Assembly (NCBI GenBank): GCA_009103225.1
Contig: RHPI01002990.1
Location: forward strand, 47,034 to 111,033
Source: Chlorokybus atmophyticus
Taxonomy: Eukaryota; Plantae; Mesostigma and Chlorokybus algae
DNA: 64,000 bases
Reading direction: 5' to 3'
This document shows positions 59,967-64,000 of the stretch, in pieces (the first letter of the stretch is position 1; every line of letters begins with the position of its first letter). Below the pieces are notes generated by a model. It was not told where the DNA came from. It ran no database searches and worked only from the letters and a program-made list of their open reading frames with translations. The translations under genes and the position numbers were made by a program.

Positions 59967-62900
59967 TGCGACGGTGCTCGTGCCTTGTCACCTGTGAGTT
60001 GGTCCCATCCACAACCCTCTCACCAAGACACGCTATTCACACCGGAACCTTGCCCCCTTTGCCAAGCACACACGCGCGCCCCGCCACTCGCGTACGCACG
60101 CGCATGCACTCGAAGCTACACACCGACTTGTGTAGAGCCTTGGATCGTCACACAAGCAAGCACACACCAGTGGACACACGCTAGCAACCCCTTATAGCCA
60201 CCACCAAGCTTGCACACAAGAAACTAGGGAGCTAAAGGTTGTATTGCAAATTGTAGAATGTCACTTTTATACCTACCAGTCTGCACATGCTACTGTCTAG
60301 ACGATTCTAGCGCTAGACGGAACTAGAAGCTAAGATACAATTGCAGAATCTTGTAGTACACTTCTAGACCTTTCCAACGCACCAAGATCTCCTAATTTGC
60401 TGCTCATATGGTCAAGTTATACTACTTGGCGCCAGGCCCTTCCAGAAATCTGGTCGAGCCCTTCTCGACTGGCCCTCCGTTTTCTGGCACCTTCCGGACT
60501 GGTCTTGGGGCCCCGGTCGATATCCGCGGCAGACTCATAACTCGCCGATATCCGCCACAAGTCATTAAAAACATGTACCTTACAAATAAGGCCTAAAACG
60601 GCCATGAAAATCACAAAATTTGGCCTTGACTGTTACACTCCTCCCCCCTCCCAGGTGAGCTTCGTCCTCGAAGCTCGCGAGGTTGTCGTCGAGCAAGATA
60701 GGCACGCACAACATCTTGAGCATTAGTCAAGTGTGCCTCTGGCTCCCAGGATGCTTCATGCAACGGATAGCCCTTCCATTTCACTAAGAACTTGCGTACG
60801 CCATGCACAAACTTCTCACCAAGGATGTCTTCTACCTCCCACTCGGGTTCACCGTCCGTGCCAACTTCGGGGGGTGGCCTTTCTGGCGGTTGTCCTCGAT
60901 ATGCTTTCAGAAGGGAGACGTGAAAAACGGGGTGCACACGCATGGTGTCGGGTAGCTCCAACTTGTACGCCACGTCCGAGACAACTTTGCTGATCTTAAA
61001 TGGTCCCAACCAGCGTTCATTCAGCTTGCAAACTCCCGTACGCACGTGTACGTGCTTCGCAGAGAGTAACACAATGTCGCATTCCTTAAACGTGAGGTGT
61101 CGGGGATGCGCGTCCGCGTACTGCTTCTGCCGATTTTGTGCCACCAATAGCGCCTCCCTAGCTGCCTTATTAATGTCCGCGCACTTTGTAAGGAAGTCAT
61201 TGGTTGCCTCCACACGCACGTCATGTCGTCGCGGTGTCCATGCCGTCAACGGTGTCAATGGATGTTGCCCGTAGTTCATAAGGAAGGGAGTGACACCTGT
61301 GCTTGCATTGTGGTGGTTGTTGATCGCAAACTCAACCAACTCAAGCAGCTCCTCCCAATTGTCTTGTCGCGCGTTAACGTAGCAACGCAGCATGTCCTCG
61401 ATCACACGGTTGGCCCGCTCCGTTTGCCCATCAGTTTGCGGGTGGAATGCCGTGCTAAACTTCAGTGTGGTACCCAGTGCACTATGCAGCGCCTCCCAAA
61501 ACTTACTTGTAAAGCGCGGGTCGCGATCACTCACAATGCTTCGTGGTAATCCATGAGAACGAAATACATGCTTCACGAACAAGCGTGCTGCCTCCGGTGC
61601 CGTGCAAGACTCACTACACGGTGCCAAGCGTACCATTTTGCTGGTTTTATCGACGAACACAAGTATAGCGTCGTACCCTTCTTTTGTCTTTGGTAGCCCC
61701 GTGATAAAGTCCATGGTAACTTGCTCCCACTTGGACAATGGCACAGGGAGAGGTTGCAGCAACCCACCTGGCTTTTGGTTGCTTGCCTTCACCCTTTGGC
61801 ATGCGTCGCACAACGCCACGTAGTCACGCACATCGCGATGCATCTCTCGCCAGTAAAAACGCTGCTTCAAGCTTACCAAAGTGACCTCCAACGGTGACCA
61901 GCAATGGGCACGTCATGAGCTTCCTTCAGCAACTTCACACGGATATGCGCGACGTTGGGGATATACAAGCGCCCGTGGTGCCAAAGCAGCCCGTCGCGCA
62001 TTGACCAATGCCCACTTGTGTCCGTAGCTGCATTTTTCAGCTCTTGCAACACTTTTATACCCTCCGTGTCTTCACGAAGCACTTGCCGAATCTGGTCGGT
62101 CCACTCGGGCTGCACTTGAGCCAGGGCCTCAATTGCATTAAGCCGGCTCAGCGCGTCAGCAACACCATTTGACGTACCGGGCTTGTACTTGATATCGAAG
62201 TCAAAAAGTTGAAAGAACTCAAGCCATCGAGCTTGTCTGCGACTTAGATGAGGTTGTGTTTGTAAGTACCTCAGTGGAGAGTGATCCGTCTCAAGCACGA
62301 ACTTTTTGCCCCAACAAACAATGCCATTGTCGTAGCGCCATGACTTGCGCTAAAAGTTCCTTCTCGTGCACGGGGTAATTCAGCTCCGCACCACTCATCT
62401 TCTTGCTGAAGAATGCTACTGGTTGAAGGCCGTTGCCATGGTCTTGCTGCAAAACAGCTCATACGGCTGTGTCGGACGCGTCGCAAGCCAAAATAAATGT
62501 CTTTTCCATGTGGGGGTGAGCCAGGACTGGTGCCTCCGTTAGCGCCTTCTTCAACGCAGCAAATGCATGTTCCTCTGTTGCTGACCAGCTCCAAGGCTTT
62601 CCCTTCTTGAGTAGGGCAGTCAAGGGAGCAGCTATGCGCGAAAACCCCATGATAAACTTGCGATAGTACCCCGCAAGGCCTAAAAAGGACATCACCTCCT
62701 TTTCGTTGGTTGGGGAAGCCCACTCGCGCACCACCTGCACTTTGTTGGGGTCCGGCTTGATGCCTTCATGCGACACGATGTGGCCTAGGTACTCCACCTC
62801 TCGAAGCAAGAATTTGCACTTTTATAGCTGGGCGTACAACTTGTGTTCGCGCAAACGCTGCAACACGCGCCGTAGAAGTGCCACGTGCTCCTCCTTGGTT

Positions 62901-64000
62901 TTCGCGTACACCAAAATGTCGTCGAGGTACACGAGGATTCCCTTACCAATCAAGTCAGCAAAAACGCTGTTCATCAGCGTTTGAAATGTTGCCGGTGCGT
63001 TCGTAAGTCCGAAGGACATGACCAACCACTCGTAGTGCCCATAACGTGTGTTAAAAGCTGTTTTCTCCACATCCTCGGGCGCGATGCGAATTTGGTGATA
63101 ACCTCCAGCAAGATCAGATGTTGTGAAGTACTGCGCACCTTGCAATTGCTCCAGCAACTCGTCGATACGTGGGAGTGGAAAGCAATTCCTCTTCGTGATG
63201 TTGTTGAGAGCTCGGTAGTCGACGCACATGCGCAAGCTCCCGTTCTTCTTTCGTACAAACAAAATAGGTGCACCATAGGGGGACTTACTAGGCCTGATGT
63301 AGCCTCTTTCCAGCAAGTCCGCCACCTGCCTCTCGGCCTCTTCCAGTTCCAAAGGTGACAACTTGTATACGGGTCGATACGGTGGCTTGTGCACGCCCTC
63401 AATCAGCTCCACACGGTGGTCTACGCTCCGTGGAGGTGGTAGACCAGATGGAAGTCCGTCCACCATGATATCTTGGTATTCTTTAACAAGTTTACACACC
63501 TCGGGGTCCATAGTAGCCGTCTGAACATCGTCACTCAGCTCCGGTGCTGACTTTGCAGTGTTTTCGCGCACCACGCACAACCATGCAGCCTTTGCCTTCC
63601 GTGGAGACAATAACTTCCTCAATTGCACATAAGAGATCTGGGCAATTGTCGTACCACCTAATTGTGCGTGCCGCGCCTCGATGACGTCCGATGCAGCTTG
63701 AATGGACTCTCCACCGTTTCGCTCGATGGTGAGCACGCGCTTCCTCCAATTGATGGCTGGATTATGTTGCCATAGCCACGGTAGTCCCAAAATCCCATCA
63801 AACCCGTTCCGTAGGGTGATGCAGCAAAATCGCATGCTCTCCTTCATCTTCCCAATGCGAACGCACAACTCTTTGGTCATAAACGCAGCGCCATCACCTC
63901 CAGAGGGTGGCTCTCCATCAGCGAGCTTCACTTCACCTCCTCGTAATGACGAAAGCCAACCGTAACGCCGCGCAATATCAATACTCATAAAGTTGCTGTT
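59967..64000 (-). mobile_element. Near-identical second copy of the 35678-41716 chromovirus (3' LTR 59967-60637, PPT, IN-chromodomain, RH, RT, PR), running off the window end
   Basis: ORFs 60611-61891, 62459-62809 and 62822-63988 are almost identical to 36342-37598, 38167-38517 and 38530-39870, including the disabling stops. Confidence 0.96.

Noticed and set aside
1-64000. CRISPR arrays, rRNA or tRNA genes, and a prokaryotic restriction-modification interpretation of the methyltransferases
   Set aside because: No repeat-spacer array or RNA gene was seen. The MTase domains are embedded in eukaryotic retroelement polyproteins with no nuclease partner. Apparent CpG depletion in older copies was noticed but not quantified, so it is not claimed.

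Overview
This is eukaryotic DNA from a photosynthetic organism, most likely a green alga. It is an almost continuous nest of transposable elements around one host gene: a 3-exon PsbQ-like thylakoid-lumen protein gene with a twin-arginine signal (4388-5024, +). Four main element groups are present. (1) A Ty3/gypsy family with a complete C5-cytosine DNA methyltransferase domain between protease and RT and a PHD finger after integrase, in four decayed copies or fragments (~15600-19790 +, 24881-35567 -, 43091-~55800 -, 56012-57851 -). (2) A separate gypsy gag-protease relic with a Dam-like N6-adenine methyltransferase domain (13560-15327 +). (3) Chromoviruses: one family with six LTR copies, including a full-length defective element (35678-41716 -) and a near-identical copy running off the window end (59967-64000 -), plus an older pol relic (21660-24880 -). 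(4) Non-autonomous Ty1/copia elements, a 2.8 kb CACTA-type element with CACCG ends, a CACTA transposase relic, an L1-like LINE relic and TA-rich microsatellites. Every retroelement copy has stops, frameshifts or insertions. The main theme is retrotransposons carrying their own DNA-methylation writers (5mC, 6mA) and chromatin readers (PHD, chromodomain). All domain calls come from reading motifs by eye; no database search or alignment program was run.
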